Source: Patescibacteria group bacterium (lineage in GTDB: Bacteria > Patescibacteriota > Patescibacteriia > XYB2-FULL-38-15). From it: 64,000 bases of DNA. Both the position numbers and the translations under genes were made by a program. The notes under the pieces are model-generated. The model had not been told where the DNA came from. It searched no databases and was given only the letters and a program-made list of their open reading frames with translations. This document shows, one piece after another, positions 25,888 through 34,814 of the stretch; the stretch's first letter is position 1, and every line of letters begins with the position of its first letter. Where the stretch lies: contig JBGSRW010000010.1 in assembly GCA_041737355.1 (NCBI GenBank), forward strand, positions 3,935 to 67,934. The letters run 5' to 3'.

Positions 25888-26034
25888 GCGCGAAAGAAAA
25901 ACTCGTCCCTCACGGGGCGGTTTTTTTTATCCCGGGGATTTGATAAAAGGGTAAAAGAGGGTTAAAATAATATAAATAGCGCCGGACGCTTAAGGTCGAC
26001 GGCCGGATTATAAAATAATTTTTTTACACAAAAT

Positions 26035-26661
26035 ATGCGCAAAAAATATATAGTTTTAGGAATTCTTTTTGTCGCGGTTTCGGCTTCTTTTTACGCTTTT
26101 GCCACAAAACCAAAAATAGTCCAGGATATGGGGAAAAAGGTAATCGAGGCGGTTTCTCCGACAACTTACGAGCCGATGTTCGCTCCGGCGCCGGCCGCGG
26201 CGGCGGGGGTTGAGACAATGGAAATCTACGCGAGAATCGGGGATATTAGAGGCGAAGGTAATGATCGCGAACACAAGGATTGGACCGAAGTTCAGTCTTT
26301 TAATTGGGAGGTCATAAAAAGCGGCAGCACTGTTAAAGAGGGAGAAGTCGTTTTGAAAATGAGAACCAACAAGTCTTCGCCAAAATTTTACGAGGCCATG
26401 CTCATCGGAAAGCATCATCCCGAAGCACAGATTGCCTTTAAAAGAACGAGTCAGTCCCAGGATTTTTTGAAGTGGACTCTGAAGGACGTGGTTATAACTT
26501 CTTACAGCACATTAAACGACCGGAGCGGAGAATCGGTTGACGAGGTGCGTTTGAAGATTTACCAAAGCGCCACGGAAGAATACACTCCGTTCAAGCCGGA
26601 CGGCAGCCCTGACGCGAAAGTAAAAGCCGGTTGGGATTTCAGTAAAGATACGGCCATATAA
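26035..26661 (+). CDS. hcp: Hcp family protein (T6SS tube protein homolog) with N-terminal signal/TM segment
   Basis: IGDIRGEGNDREHKDWTEVQSFNWEV, SSPKFYEAMLIGKHHPEAQIAF and FLKWTLKDVVITSYS align with the Hcp1 consensus. Confidence 0.8.
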   Translation: MRKKYIVLGILFVAVSASFYAFATKPKIVQDMGKKVIEAVSPTTYEPMFAPAPAAAAGVETMEIYARIGDIRGEGNDREHKDWTEVQSFNWEVIKSGSTVKEGEVVLKMRTNKSSPKFYEAMLIGKHHPEAQIAFKRTSQSQDFLKWTLKDVVITSYSTLNDRSGESVDEVRLKIYQSATEEYTPFKPDGSPDAKVKAGWDFSKDTAI

Positions 26662-26679
26662 AAAAGTTCAGAGGATAAA

Positions 26680-26708
26680 AAGCCCGCTTTTTGGCGGGCT
26701 TTTTTGTT
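26680..26708 (+). terminator. Rho-independent terminator
   Basis: gcccgc...gcgggc stem followed by T6. Confidence 0.8.
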
Positions 26709-26788
26709 TCTTTCATTATCCGCTCTTTGGTGCTAAAATAGAAAAAAGCGGCGCAGGGCGGAGGTTATAATTTTTTTAAGCTATTTTC

Positions 26789-28264
26789 ATGCTTACCAAA
26801 TCCGATTTTTTAAAGTTCGTGCAGTGTCCCAAGTTTTTATGGCTCGGGAAATTCAGAAAAGACCTGATGGCCCAAGTCGACGAGGCAACCCAGCGGCGTT
26901 TTGACGAAGGGGCCGAAGTTGAGGAATACGCCTACAAATTGTTCCCGGGCGGCGTTTCGGCAAGGGGCAAAAATATCAAGGACGATATCGACAATACCAA
27001 GAAAATTTTGGCGGCCGGCGAGGAAATTATTTTCCAGCCGACTTTTTCAAATTACGACGCCAATCTTTACTGCCGGTCCGACATTTTGAAATTTGATAAG
27101 GCAAGGGGCGAGTGGGATATTTTTGAAGTCAAATCGGCGACCGAAGCCAAGGAAATAAACTACTACGACCTGGCTTTCCAGAAAATTTGCCTTGAGCAGG
27201 AAGGAAAAAAAGTCGGAAAGCTGAATCTTGTTTACGTGAACCGCGATTATGTCCGGCATGGCGAGATCGAACCGGAAAAATTTCTGATCGTGGAAGAGCT
27301 TACCGGCGAGATTTTAAAAATCGGAGAAAAGACGAGAAAGAAAATTCTCGAGGCACAGTATGTTTTGGGAACCAAGGACGAACCGAAAGTCAAAATTCTG
27401 AAGCAGTGCTACGCGCCGTACGAATGCAGTTTTATAGATTATTGCTGGAAGGATATAAAAGAAGGATCTATCTACGACGTCTACGGCGGGCTTTCGGCCA
27501 AGCAGCTTGAAGCTCTGCTCGATCTTGGAATTATGAATCTGGCCGACCTTCCCGAAGGATATGTCAAAAAAGAAAATTATTTGCGCCATCTTGAGGCGGT
27601 CCGGACCGGCGAACAGAAAATTGACAAGGAAAAAATCGCCGGGGAATTGGCCAAACTGAAATACCCGCTGTATTTTTTGGATTATGAGACCTACTCCCAG
27701 GTTGTTCCGCCATTCGACGGCTATCGTCCCTACGAGCAGATGGCTTTCCAATATTCGCTTGATATTGAAGACGCTCCCGGCGAAAAAATGCGCCACGTCG
27801 ATTTTCTCGCCCGCGATCCGGGCGATCCGGAAGTAAAGCTCGCCGAATCTTTAAGCAAGGCAATCGGGCCGGAAGGCACGGTTATTTCCTGGTTCAAGAC
27901 TTTCGAGTCCGGGCGGAACGCGGAAATGGGCGCCCGCTATCCGGAGTACAAGAAATTTTTTGAAAGCGTGAACAAGAGGATGTTCGATCTTATGGATATT
28001 TTCAAAAACGGATATTTCGTCGACAAAGGGTTTATGGCAAGCGCCTCGCTTAAAAAAGTTATGCCGATTATTGTGCCCGATCTTTCCTACAAGGATCTCG
28101 CTATCCAGGAAGGCGAGACAGCCTCAAATTCCTGGCCGAAACTGTTCGACAAGAAACTAAGCAAAGGAGAGCGGGAGAAAATTTATAAAGACATGATTGC
28201 CTATTGCCGTCTCGATACTCTGGCCATGGTCCGGATTTTGGAAAAAATGCGAAGTATTGTGTAG
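26789..28264 (+). CDS. DUF2779-type RecB/Cas4-like PD-(D/E)xK nuclease with C-terminal Cys cluster
   Basis: N-terminal KSDFLKFVQCPKFLWL. EVK motif. CYAPYECSFIDYC cluster. Confidence 0.65.
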   Translation: MLTKSDFLKFVQCPKFLWLGKFRKDLMAQVDEATQRRFDEGAEVEEYAYKLFPGGVSARGKNIKDDIDNTKKILAAGEEIIFQPTFSNYDANLYCRSDILKFDKARGEWDIFEVKSATEAKEINYYDLAFQKICLEQEGKKVGKLNLVYVNRDYVRHGEIEPEKFLIVEELTGEILKIGEKTRKKILEAQYVLGTKDEPKVKILKQCYAPYECSFIDYCWKDIKEGSIYDVYGGLSAKQLEALLDLGIMNLADLPEGYVKKENYLRHLEAVRTGEQKIDKEKIAGELAKLKYPLYFLDYETYSQVVPPFDGYRPYEQMAFQYSLDIEDAPGEKMRHVDFLARDPGDPEVKLAESLSKAIGPEGTVISWFKTFESGRNAEMGARYPEYKKFFESVNKRMFDLMDIFKNGYFVDKGFMASASLKKVMPIIVPDLSYKDLAIQEGETASNSWPKLFDKKLSKGEREKIYKDMIAYCRLDTLAMVRILEKMRSIV

Positions 28265-28306
28265 CGTATAATATAATTATTAAATAAAAAAATTAATTTA
28301 AAACCT

Positions 28307-28855
28307 ATGAACAAAAAACTTTTTGCGGTTCTGGCGGTAGTCGCCCTCATTGTCACGCTTGGGGCCGGCTGCGGCGGAAAAAAAGAGCAGGAGAACCAAA
28401 ATCAAGGCAACCCTTCTGAAAATAATTCGGCGGGCGGGAATGAGGACGGGGGAATCTTTTCTTCAATCCGCGACGCCTTTGACCGTTCGGTATCGCTGCG
28501 CTGCGAGTACGTTGACGAAGACGGCGCGACTTCGATAAATTACATCAAAAACAAAATGATCCGGACCGAGGCGGCCGAGACAAAAGAGGGAGTGGCAAAA
28601 GTTTATGGGCTCTTCCGCGACGACAAAGCTTATATTTGGGACGACAAATCGGGCAACGGAATGATCTTAAGTCTTGACAAGATGCAGAATGATCCAGCCG
28701 ACATGGACGGGACGGAAGTGAGGAGCGCGGAAGATATTATCAAGGTGCTTGAAGAGAAAAAGGATAAATGCCGGGCCGAATCGGTTCCCGATTCATATTT
28801 TGAAGTGCCAGGTAACATTAAATTCCAGACCTGGGATATTCCGACTCAGCAATAA
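28307..28855 (+). CDS. Lipoprotein, hypothetical (MNKKLFAVLAVVA family)
   Basis: Lipobox LGAGCG. Confidence 0.7.
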   Translation: MNKKLFAVLAVVALIVTLGAGCGGKKEQENQNQGNPSENNSAGGNEDGGIFSSIRDAFDRSVSLRCEYVDEDGATSINYIKNKMIRTEAAETKEGVAKVYGLFRDDKAYIWDDKSGNGMILSLDKMQNDPADMDGTEVRSAEDIIKVLEEKKDKCRAESVPDSYFEVPGNIKFQTWDIPTQQ

Positions 28856-28861
28856 AAAATT

Positions 28862-29004
28862 AGACCCGTCCCCGAGCAGCGCGCTCGGGGAATCCGGGCG
28901 GGTATATAATGCAAAGCGTCGGCTCCGCCGACAAGTATTAATCCCTAAGCCTTCGTTCCCGCGTTTTTCGCGCGGAGAACTCAGGACACATTATAAAAAA
29001 ATCT
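28862..29004 (+). repeat. Conserved intergenic element, copy B (with a 55-nt insertion carrying an 8-bp palindrome)
   Basis: Shares AGACCCGTC, GACAAGTATTA, CGTTCCCGCG and CGCGGAGAACTCAGGACACATTATAAAAA with 20478-20557. Confidence 0.6.
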
Positions 29005-29559
29005 ATGAATAAAAAACTTTTCGCGGTTTTGGGGGCGGTTGCGTTTGTGGCTTTGCTTGGAGCAAGCTGCGGCGGCGGAGGACCGACAACGGGCGGACCG
29101 GGCGGCACGACGGGCGGCGGCGCTTCCGATATAGAAAAAGTTTGCAGCTATTTCCCCAAAGAGCTGATTGAAGAGGCGATCGGCAAACCGATTGTCAAAA
29201 CAGAAGTGCCCTTTGTAGATGAAAAAAGTTGTTTCTACTACACTCTGTACACCGAAACTTTTGATCATACCCCGTATGGCGACAAGCCGGGCGGAACGCC
29301 GGTCGTCGCGGTTTATGATGATGAAGATTTTGCCAAGGATAGAATATCCAACGAGAAATCGGGCAGCAAATACGCGAAAGACGAGACAATCGGTATGGAC
29401 AATTTTGTCGTACGCAATCACGCCGGAAAAATTTGGCAGGTGGTTTTGGTTTTAGGCGGGGACAAATATATCAGAATGCATTTTGTCCATGACGCGATAA
29501 CCGGCGAAGAACTGGTGAAAATCGGAGCAAAGTTTGCGGAGAGAATTAAAGGACAATAA
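29005..29559 (+). CDS. Lipoprotein, hypothetical (paralog of the 32824 gene)
   Basis: Lipobox LGASCGGGGPTTGGPGG. N-terminal DNA nearly identical to the 32824 gene. Confidence 0.7.
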   Translation: MNKKLFAVLGAVAFVALLGASCGGGGPTTGGPGGTTGGGASDIEKVCSYFPKELIEEAIGKPIVKTEVPFVDEKSCFYYTLYTETFDHTPYGDKPGGTPVVAVYDDEDFAKDRISNEKSGSKYAKDETIGMDNFVVRNHAGKIWQVVLVLGGDKYIRMHFVHDAITGEELVKIGAKFAERIKGQ

Positions 29560-29571
29560 AAATTTAAAAGT

Positions 29572-30222
29572 ATGAACAAAAAATTTTTCGCAGCGTTCGC
29601 CGCGCTGGCTATGGTTGCAACGGTCGGCGCCGGATGTTTGGCCGGAGAGCAAAACGGTAACACGAATGCCAATACCAATGTCACGCCGGAACCGGAGCCG
29701 GTTGCCTGCACCCAGGAGGCAAAAATTTGTCCGGACGGTTCTTCCGTCGGACGGAGCGGGCCGGATTGCGAATTTGCGCCTTGCCCGGAAGGCGGCGACT
29801 ATCCCCTGAAAACATTTACCGACGAGACGCAAGGCATCGAGTTTCAATATCCGGAAACCTTGACGGCAAAATATATTAAAGCCCAGGAATGGCCGCCAAA
29901 AGTTACGGTGACAGCGGGTGAATTTTCTTGTCTTGAAACTTCGCCGACCGACAGTATTTCAACGAGGGTGGCGCAAAGGTTGGTGGACGACCGCGTCTAC
30001 TGCGTTACGGCCGCAAGCGAAGGCGCGGCCGGCAGCGTTTACACAACTTACGGTTATACAACTCTGAAAGAGGGGAAACTTATTTCTGTAAGTTTTATTT
30101 TACGTTATCCGCAGTGCCTGAACTATGACGATCCGCAAAAGAGCGAGTGCCAAGCGGAGCGGGAAACTTTTGATCTGGACGGCATAATTGACCGTATCGC
30201 GGCGAGCGTGAAGTTCAAGTAA
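29572..30222 (+). CDS. Lipoprotein, hypothetical
   Basis: Lipobox VGAGCLAG. CPDGSSVGRSGPDCEFAPCP motif. Confidence 0.7.
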   Translation: MNKKFFAAFAALAMVATVGAGCLAGEQNGNTNANTNVTPEPEPVACTQEAKICPDGSSVGRSGPDCEFAPCPEGGDYPLKTFTDETQGIEFQYPETLTAKYIKAQEWPPKVTVTAGEFSCLETSPTDSISTRVAQRLVDDRVYCVTAASEGAAGSVYTTYGYTTLKEGKLISVSFILRYPQCLNYDDPQKSECQAERETFDLDGIIDRIAASVKFK

Positions 30223-30262
30223 ATTGCCGCTCTGATTTTAGAGAAAAATTTTTAAAGCAACC

Positions 30263-30709
30263 TTGATGCTCGAAAAACTGGATAAATATTTCAAGCGGCC
30301 GGTCGGGTTGATTGCTATCTGTTTTGTTAAAGCTGTCTGGGGAATAAGTCAGATGATTTTGGGTTTAGGAGCGATAATTTTGACCTGGATTTTCCGCCGG
30401 TTGGCCGAGGGAGAGCTGGTGCAAAAATTATTTTCCTATTTCGATCCGCGCGGAATATTGGAAACCTCAGTTACTTTCGGTTGGATAGTATTTCTTCTCG
30501 GCGCCGTGGATCTTGCTATCGCTCTCGGCGTTTGGTTCGGTTCATGGGCGGTCAGAAATGTCGGCTTGGTTTTTTTCTCGGGACTGTCAGTCTGGAGCTT
30601 GTATCACCTGAGCCTGGATTTTTCATTTTTCAAGATAGTGGTTTTACTGTTTGATTTTTTTACCCTTTTCTATTTCTGGCAAATTCTGCCGAAAAGCTTG
30701 AAAAAATAA
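30263..30709 (+). CDS. Membrane protein
   Basis: Four TM helices. Confidence 0.5.
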   Translation: MMLEKLDKYFKRPVGLIAICFVKAVWGISQMILGLGAIILTWIFRRLAEGELVQKLFSYFDPRGILETSVTFGWIVFLLGAVDLAIALGVWFGSWAVRNVGLVFFSGLSVWSLYHLSLDFSFFKIVVLLFDFFTLFYFWQILPKSLKK

Positions 30710-30720
30710 TTTTAAAATCT

Positions 30721-31092
30721 ATGACCCTGGACAAATTAACTCCGGAAGAAGAGAGAGTCATGGTTGGCAAGGGAACCGAGCCGCCGGGAACCGGGGAATA
30801 TCTGGAAAATTTTAACGAGGGAATTTATGTCTGCCGCCGCTGCGGCGCGCCGCTTTACGAATCCAAAAGTAAATTCCGTTCGGAGTGCGGCTGGCCGAGT
30901 TTTGACGAAGAGATTGAAGGGGCGATAAAACGAATTACCGATCCGGACGGAGCGCGAACGGAAATTGTCTGTCAAAATTGTGGAGCCCATCTCGGCCATG
31001 TTTTCATCGGAGAAAAGCTTACTTCTAAGGACACGAGGCATTGTGTAAATTCGATATCTTTAAAATTTATCTCCCGAAAAGATGGACATTGA
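30721..31092 (+). CDS. msrB: Peptide-methionine (R)-S-oxide reductase
   Basis: CxxC...CGWPSF...CxxCGAHLGHVF. Confidence 0.9.
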   Translation: MTLDKLTPEEERVMVGKGTEPPGTGEYLENFNEGIYVCRRCGAPLYESKSKFRSECGWPSFDEEIEGAIKRITDPDGARTEIVCQNCGAHLGHVFIGEKLTSKDTRHCVNSISLKFISRKDGH

Positions 31093-31639
31093 TAAAAAAG
31101 AAACCGCGGTTTTCGGCGGAGGATGTTTTTGGTCGATCGAGGCAGCTTTTGGGGAGATCCGTGGCGTTCTCTCAGTCGCCGCCGGATTTGCTGGTGGAAG
31201 AAAGAAAAATCCAACCTATGAGGAGGTTTCTACCGGGCAGACCGGCTACGCCGAAGTTGTAAAAATTGAATTTGATCCGGAGATTATTTCTTATATCGGT
31301 CTTCTTACAATTTATTTTGATCTCCACGATCCAACGAGTTTGAATAGGCAAGGTAACGATATTGGGGAACAATACCGTTCGGTAATTTTTTGGACAACCG
31401 AAAAACAGAAAGCCGAGGCGGAAAAAATGATTATTGATTTGGGTATGAGCGGCCGTTATAGTCGTCCGATCGTCACGGCAGTTGAACCGCTAACCGAATT
31501 TTGGACCGCTCCGGAATATCATCAGCGCTATTTTGAAAAAAATCAGGCCAAGCCATACTGCCTCGCGGTGATTTCTCCTAAAATGAAAAAATTTAGAGAG
31601 AAATACAAGAGATATTTAAAAGATAGTCTTGATTTATAA
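31082..31639 (+). CDS. msrA: Peptide-methionine (S)-S-oxide reductase
   Basis: GGGCFWSIE active site. Overlaps msrB by 11 nt. Confidence 0.9.
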   Translation: MDIDKKETAVFGGGCFWSIEAAFGEIRGVLSVAAGFAGGRKKNPTYEEVSTGQTGYAEVVKIEFDPEIISYIGLLTIYFDLHDPTSLNRQGNDIGEQYRSVIFWTTEKQKAEAEKMIIDLGMSGRYSRPIVTAVEPLTEFWTAPEYHQRYFEKNQAKPYCLAVISPKMKKFREKYKRYLKDSLDL

Positions 31640-31660
31640 ATTATAATTTTTAAAAAACCT

Positions 31661-32803
31661 ATGAACAAAAAAATCTTTGGAGGGGTGGCGATTTTTGCCA
31701 TAGCAATGCTTTTGGCCGGGCCGGTTTTGGCGGCGGAATTCAAGGGAGGGGAAAGCGTTTCTTTCCGCCAGGGAGAAACAGTGGCCGACAATCTTTACGC
31801 GGCCGGGGGAAACCTTACCGCCGAGGGCAGTGTCGAGGGCGATTTTCTGGCGGTCGGCGGGACGATTCTTTTTACCGGCCGGGTAACAAATGACGCGGCA
31901 ATTGCCGGGGGAACCTTGAGCCTGCTCGGGGAAGTCGGCGGCGATCTGCGGGCGGCCGGCGGAAATATTTCGCTCGGCGGACCGGTCGGCGGCGAACTGA
32001 TTGTCGCTGGTGGACAAATTTCAGCGAGTTCGCGCTGCCTCGTTGAGAAGTCGGCAACGTTTGCCGGAGGAACGGTTTCTTTCGACGGCGAAACCAAAGG
32101 GAAACTGGAAATCAGAGGCGGCGAAGTAGTCGTTAATGGAAAAGTCGGTGGCGAACTTTTTGTCCAGGCCGATAAATTAACCATCGGAAAAGACGCGGTC
32201 ATCTCCGGGAATCTTAATTACGAATCGCCCGACGAGGCGCTTATTGAACAGGGTTCACAAATTTCCGGAGAAATAAATTTTAAAAAAACGGAACGGGGTG
32301 GCGGTAGCGAAGGAAGGGATTTTGCCTGGGGCGCGATGGTCGGGGGATGGTTTGTCAGGTTGCTGATAATGCTTGTACTCGGCTTGCTTCTTTTCTTTGT
32401 CTTTAAAAGAGGGACAGCGGAACTCGTTAAAAGGAATCTCGCGGAATTCGGCTGGCAGCTCTTGCGCGGTCTTGTCATTATGATTGTCGTGCCGATTGCC
32501 TCGGTCATTGCCGCGGTGACAATTATCGGACTGCCCATAGCCGGAGTCTTTATGCTTCTTTACGCTATGTTCTGGATTCTCGCCGGGGCGATAGCCGGAA
32601 TGACGGTTGGCAGTCTGGCCTGCAAGATGATTTGGAAAAAGGAGATTGAGCTTGACTGGAAAATCGTTGCCGGAGGAATTACCGCTTACTGCCTTATCAC
32701 CGCCATTCCTTATCTCGGGTGGATCTTCGCGGCGGTTTTCTGCCTTACGGCTTTTGGCGGTTGGTGGAATTTCCTTTACGAGCGGGCGATGAAAGAAAGA
32801 TAA
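31661..32803 (+). CDS. Bactofilin-like repeat protein with signal peptide and C-terminal four-TM domain
   Basis: Repeats GxVxGDLxAAGGNISLxGPVGGEL. C-terminal hydrophobic block. Confidence 0.6.
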   Translation: MNKKIFGGVAIFAIAMLLAGPVLAAEFKGGESVSFRQGETVADNLYAAGGNLTAEGSVEGDFLAVGGTILFTGRVTNDAAIAGGTLSLLGEVGGDLRAAGGNISLGGPVGGELIVAGGQISASSRCLVEKSATFAGGTVSFDGETKGKLEIRGGEVVVNGKVGGELFVQADKLTIGKDAVISGNLNYESPDEALIEQGSQISGEINFKKTERGGGSEGRDFAWGAMVGGWFVRLLIMLVLGLLLFFVFKRGTAELVKRNLAEFGWQLLRGLVIMIVVPIASVIAAVTIIGLPIAGVFMLLYAMFWILAGAIAGMTVGSLACKMIWKKEIELDWKIVAGGITAYCLITAIPYLGWIFAAVFCLTAFGGWWNFLYERAMKER

Positions 32804-32823
32804 AAAAATAATTACTTTAACCT

Positions 32824-33747
32824 ATGATTAACAAAAAACTTTTCGCGGTTTTGGGTGCGGCAGCGTTCGTGGCTTTGCTCGGGGCAAGCTGCGGAGGCGG
32901 CGGGCCGACAACGGGCGGTCCGGGCGGCGGAGGCGGTAACGGAGGCGGAGTGAATACCGTCATTACCGACATGTGCAGCCAGTTTTCTCCGGAGTGGATA
33001 AAAGAAGCGACAGGGAAAACCGTTGCTAAAACCGAAACGAGAAACAATGGAGCTTACTGCCACTACTACACCGAATACTCCGAGGATTTTTATAAATTGC
33101 CGGAGGGGAAAGTCGCTCCGGGCGGTCCGTGGTTTGCAATGAATTATGAAACAACCCTGCCCGTGGAAAATCAGAAGAAAGGTCATGAATTTCTTGACCA
33201 TAAAATCGAAACAAACCCGAAGATTGGCATGGAGCATTTTATCGCCGTTCAGGAAGACGGTTTGATCAACGAGATATATCTCGTGCTTGGAGAATCAAGT
33301 TTTGTAAGCATCAGCAGAAGTTCCGGTAAGGTTTTTAGCGAGGAAGGAATAATCGATTTTGCCGCCAAGGTCGCCGAGGTTCTGAAGAAAGGCGTGCCAA
33401 AACCAAAACAGGCGGAAAACCAAGCCGGGAGAGCCAGGGAATTTTTTCAGTATCTCTCCGATAAAAAAATCGATCAGGCTCTGGCCATGATGGACGCTGA
33501 CGCAGGGACTAAAGATGGTTGGCGGACCAATTTCAATACCATAAAATCTCTTGGCGTGAAGAGCGTGAATCCGGTATTCGAGGAGGAATGGACTTCTACC
33601 CGCCAAAGTTTCAAGTTTGACTTGGAAGTAAGCGTTACCTCGGAAGGCGAGGGTTACGGCTGGAATCAGGGGCAAAATTCAAGATGGGTTTCCCTGAAAA
33701 AAAACGGAGATATCTGGCAGATCCACGAATTGGCGAACAATCCGTAA
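32824..33747 (+). CDS. Lipoprotein, hypothetical (paralog of the 29005 gene)
   Basis: Lipobox LGASCGGGGPTTGGPGGGGG. Confidence 0.7.
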   Translation: MINKKLFAVLGAAAFVALLGASCGGGGPTTGGPGGGGGNGGGVNTVITDMCSQFSPEWIKEATGKTVAKTETRNNGAYCHYYTEYSEDFYKLPEGKVAPGGPWFAMNYETTLPVENQKKGHEFLDHKIETNPKIGMEHFIAVQEDGLINEIYLVLGESSFVSISRSSGKVFSEEGIIDFAAKVAEVLKKGVPKPKQAENQAGRAREFFQYLSDKKIDQALAMMDADAGTKDGWRTNFNTIKSLGVKSVNPVFEEEWTSTRQSFKFDLEVSVTSEGEGYGWNQGQNSRWVSLKKNGDIWQIHELANNP

Positions 33748-33765
33748 ATATTGCGAGTCCGATTT

Positions 33766-33795
33766 AAAACCCGCCTCTTCGGGCGGGTTTTTTAT
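33766..33795 (+). terminator. Rho-independent terminator
   Basis: cccgcc...ggcggg stem followed by T6. Confidence 0.8.
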
Positions 33796-33844
33796 TTAAT
33801 CTTTTTGTGCTATAATTGAGTAAATTATTATTAAGGATAAAAAT

Positions 33845-34150
33845 ATGGAAATACAAAAAATGCAGGATTTCATGAATCCGACCGAGCTTGAGAAAAAGCA
33901 TACCCCGGTAATCGAGCGGCTGGGAAACGGAGAAGTTTTGGTCAGGGTCGGCCTCGTGCCCCATCCGATGGAGGAGGCGCACCGCGTCATGTGGGTTGAG
34001 CTGTACCGGAATAAAAAACTTGTGAAACGGGAGGAATTGAAACCGGCCATGCCGGCCGAAGCGGTTTTCGAAGTGCCGGATCTGAAACCGGAAGATATTC
34101 TGGTCGCCCGCGAAGAATGCAATATCCACGGGCTTTGGGAGAGCGTTTAG
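33845..34150 (+). CDS. sor: Superoxide reductase (neelaredoxin/desulfoferrodoxin iron-binding domain)
   Basis: EKKHTPVIE...HPMEEAHRVMWVEL...CNIHGLWES ligand pattern. Confidence 0.75.
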   Translation: MEIQKMQDFMNPTELEKKHTPVIERLGNGEVLVRVGLVPHPMEEAHRVMWVELYRNKKLVKREELKPAMPAEAVFEVPDLKPEDILVAREECNIHGLWESV

Positions 34151-34176
34151 AATTTTTAATTAACTAACCATAAAAT

Positions 34177-34383
34177 ATGGTTGTGCCGATTTTATTCGGT
34201 AAGCCGATTCATCTTTGGTTCGGCCTTGTTCTCGCCCTTCTTCTCGCGGTCCAGATGACCGGGGGATTTATGATGGTAAAAAGAGGAAAAATGGAATATT
34301 TGAAATACCATAAATGGAACGCGGTCGTTCTCGGTCTTTTCGCTCTGGCCCATCTTTATTACGCCGTACGGCTTTATTTTTAA
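34177..34383 (+). CDS. Small membrane protein
   Basis: Two TM helices. Confidence 0.5.
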   Translation: MVVPILFGKPIHLWFGLVLALLLAVQMTGGFMMVKRGKMEYLKYHKWNAVVLGLFALAHLYYAVRLYF

Positions 34384-34396
34384 GTTTTTTTGGATT

Positions 34397-34810
34397 ATGA
34401 AAAAAAGTTCGATTTTATTTTTTCTTTCTGCGGTTTTGATGCTGGCCGGCGCCGGTTGCGTTTCCGGACCGAAGACCTATTCCAACGAATCTGACGCGGC
34501 TCCGGTTATCAATATCAGCGGGGCAGAAATCCCGGTTGCCGATATCCAATATAATCAGGTCACAAGTTCCGCGGAAGTGGAAATCAAAAATTTTACCTTC
34601 AGCCCAGCGAGCATGACCATCAAAAAGGGCGGTAAGGTAACCTGGACCAACCGCGATTCGGCAAAACACGACGTGAAAGGCGACTTCTGGCAGAGCGAGC
34701 TTTTAGGTAAAGACGAAAGTTTCAGTAAAATTTTTGACACGGCCGGGACTTTTGATTATCATTGCGCGCCACATCCCAATATGACCGGAAAAATAATTGT
34801 GATTGAATAA
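34397..34810 (+). CDS. Cupredoxin-domain lipoprotein (plastocyanin/amicyanin-like type-1 copper site)
   Basis: Lipobox AGAGC. H...C..HP.M.G ligands (KHDV...YHCAPHPNMTG). Confidence 0.7.
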   Translation: MKKSSILFFLSAVLMLAGAGCVSGPKTYSNESDAAPVINISGAEIPVADIQYNQVTSSAEVEIKNFTFSPASMTIKKGGKVTWTNRDSAKHDVKGDFWQSELLGKDESFSKIFDTAGTFDYHCAPHPNMTGKIIVIE

Positions 34811-34814
34811 TTTT

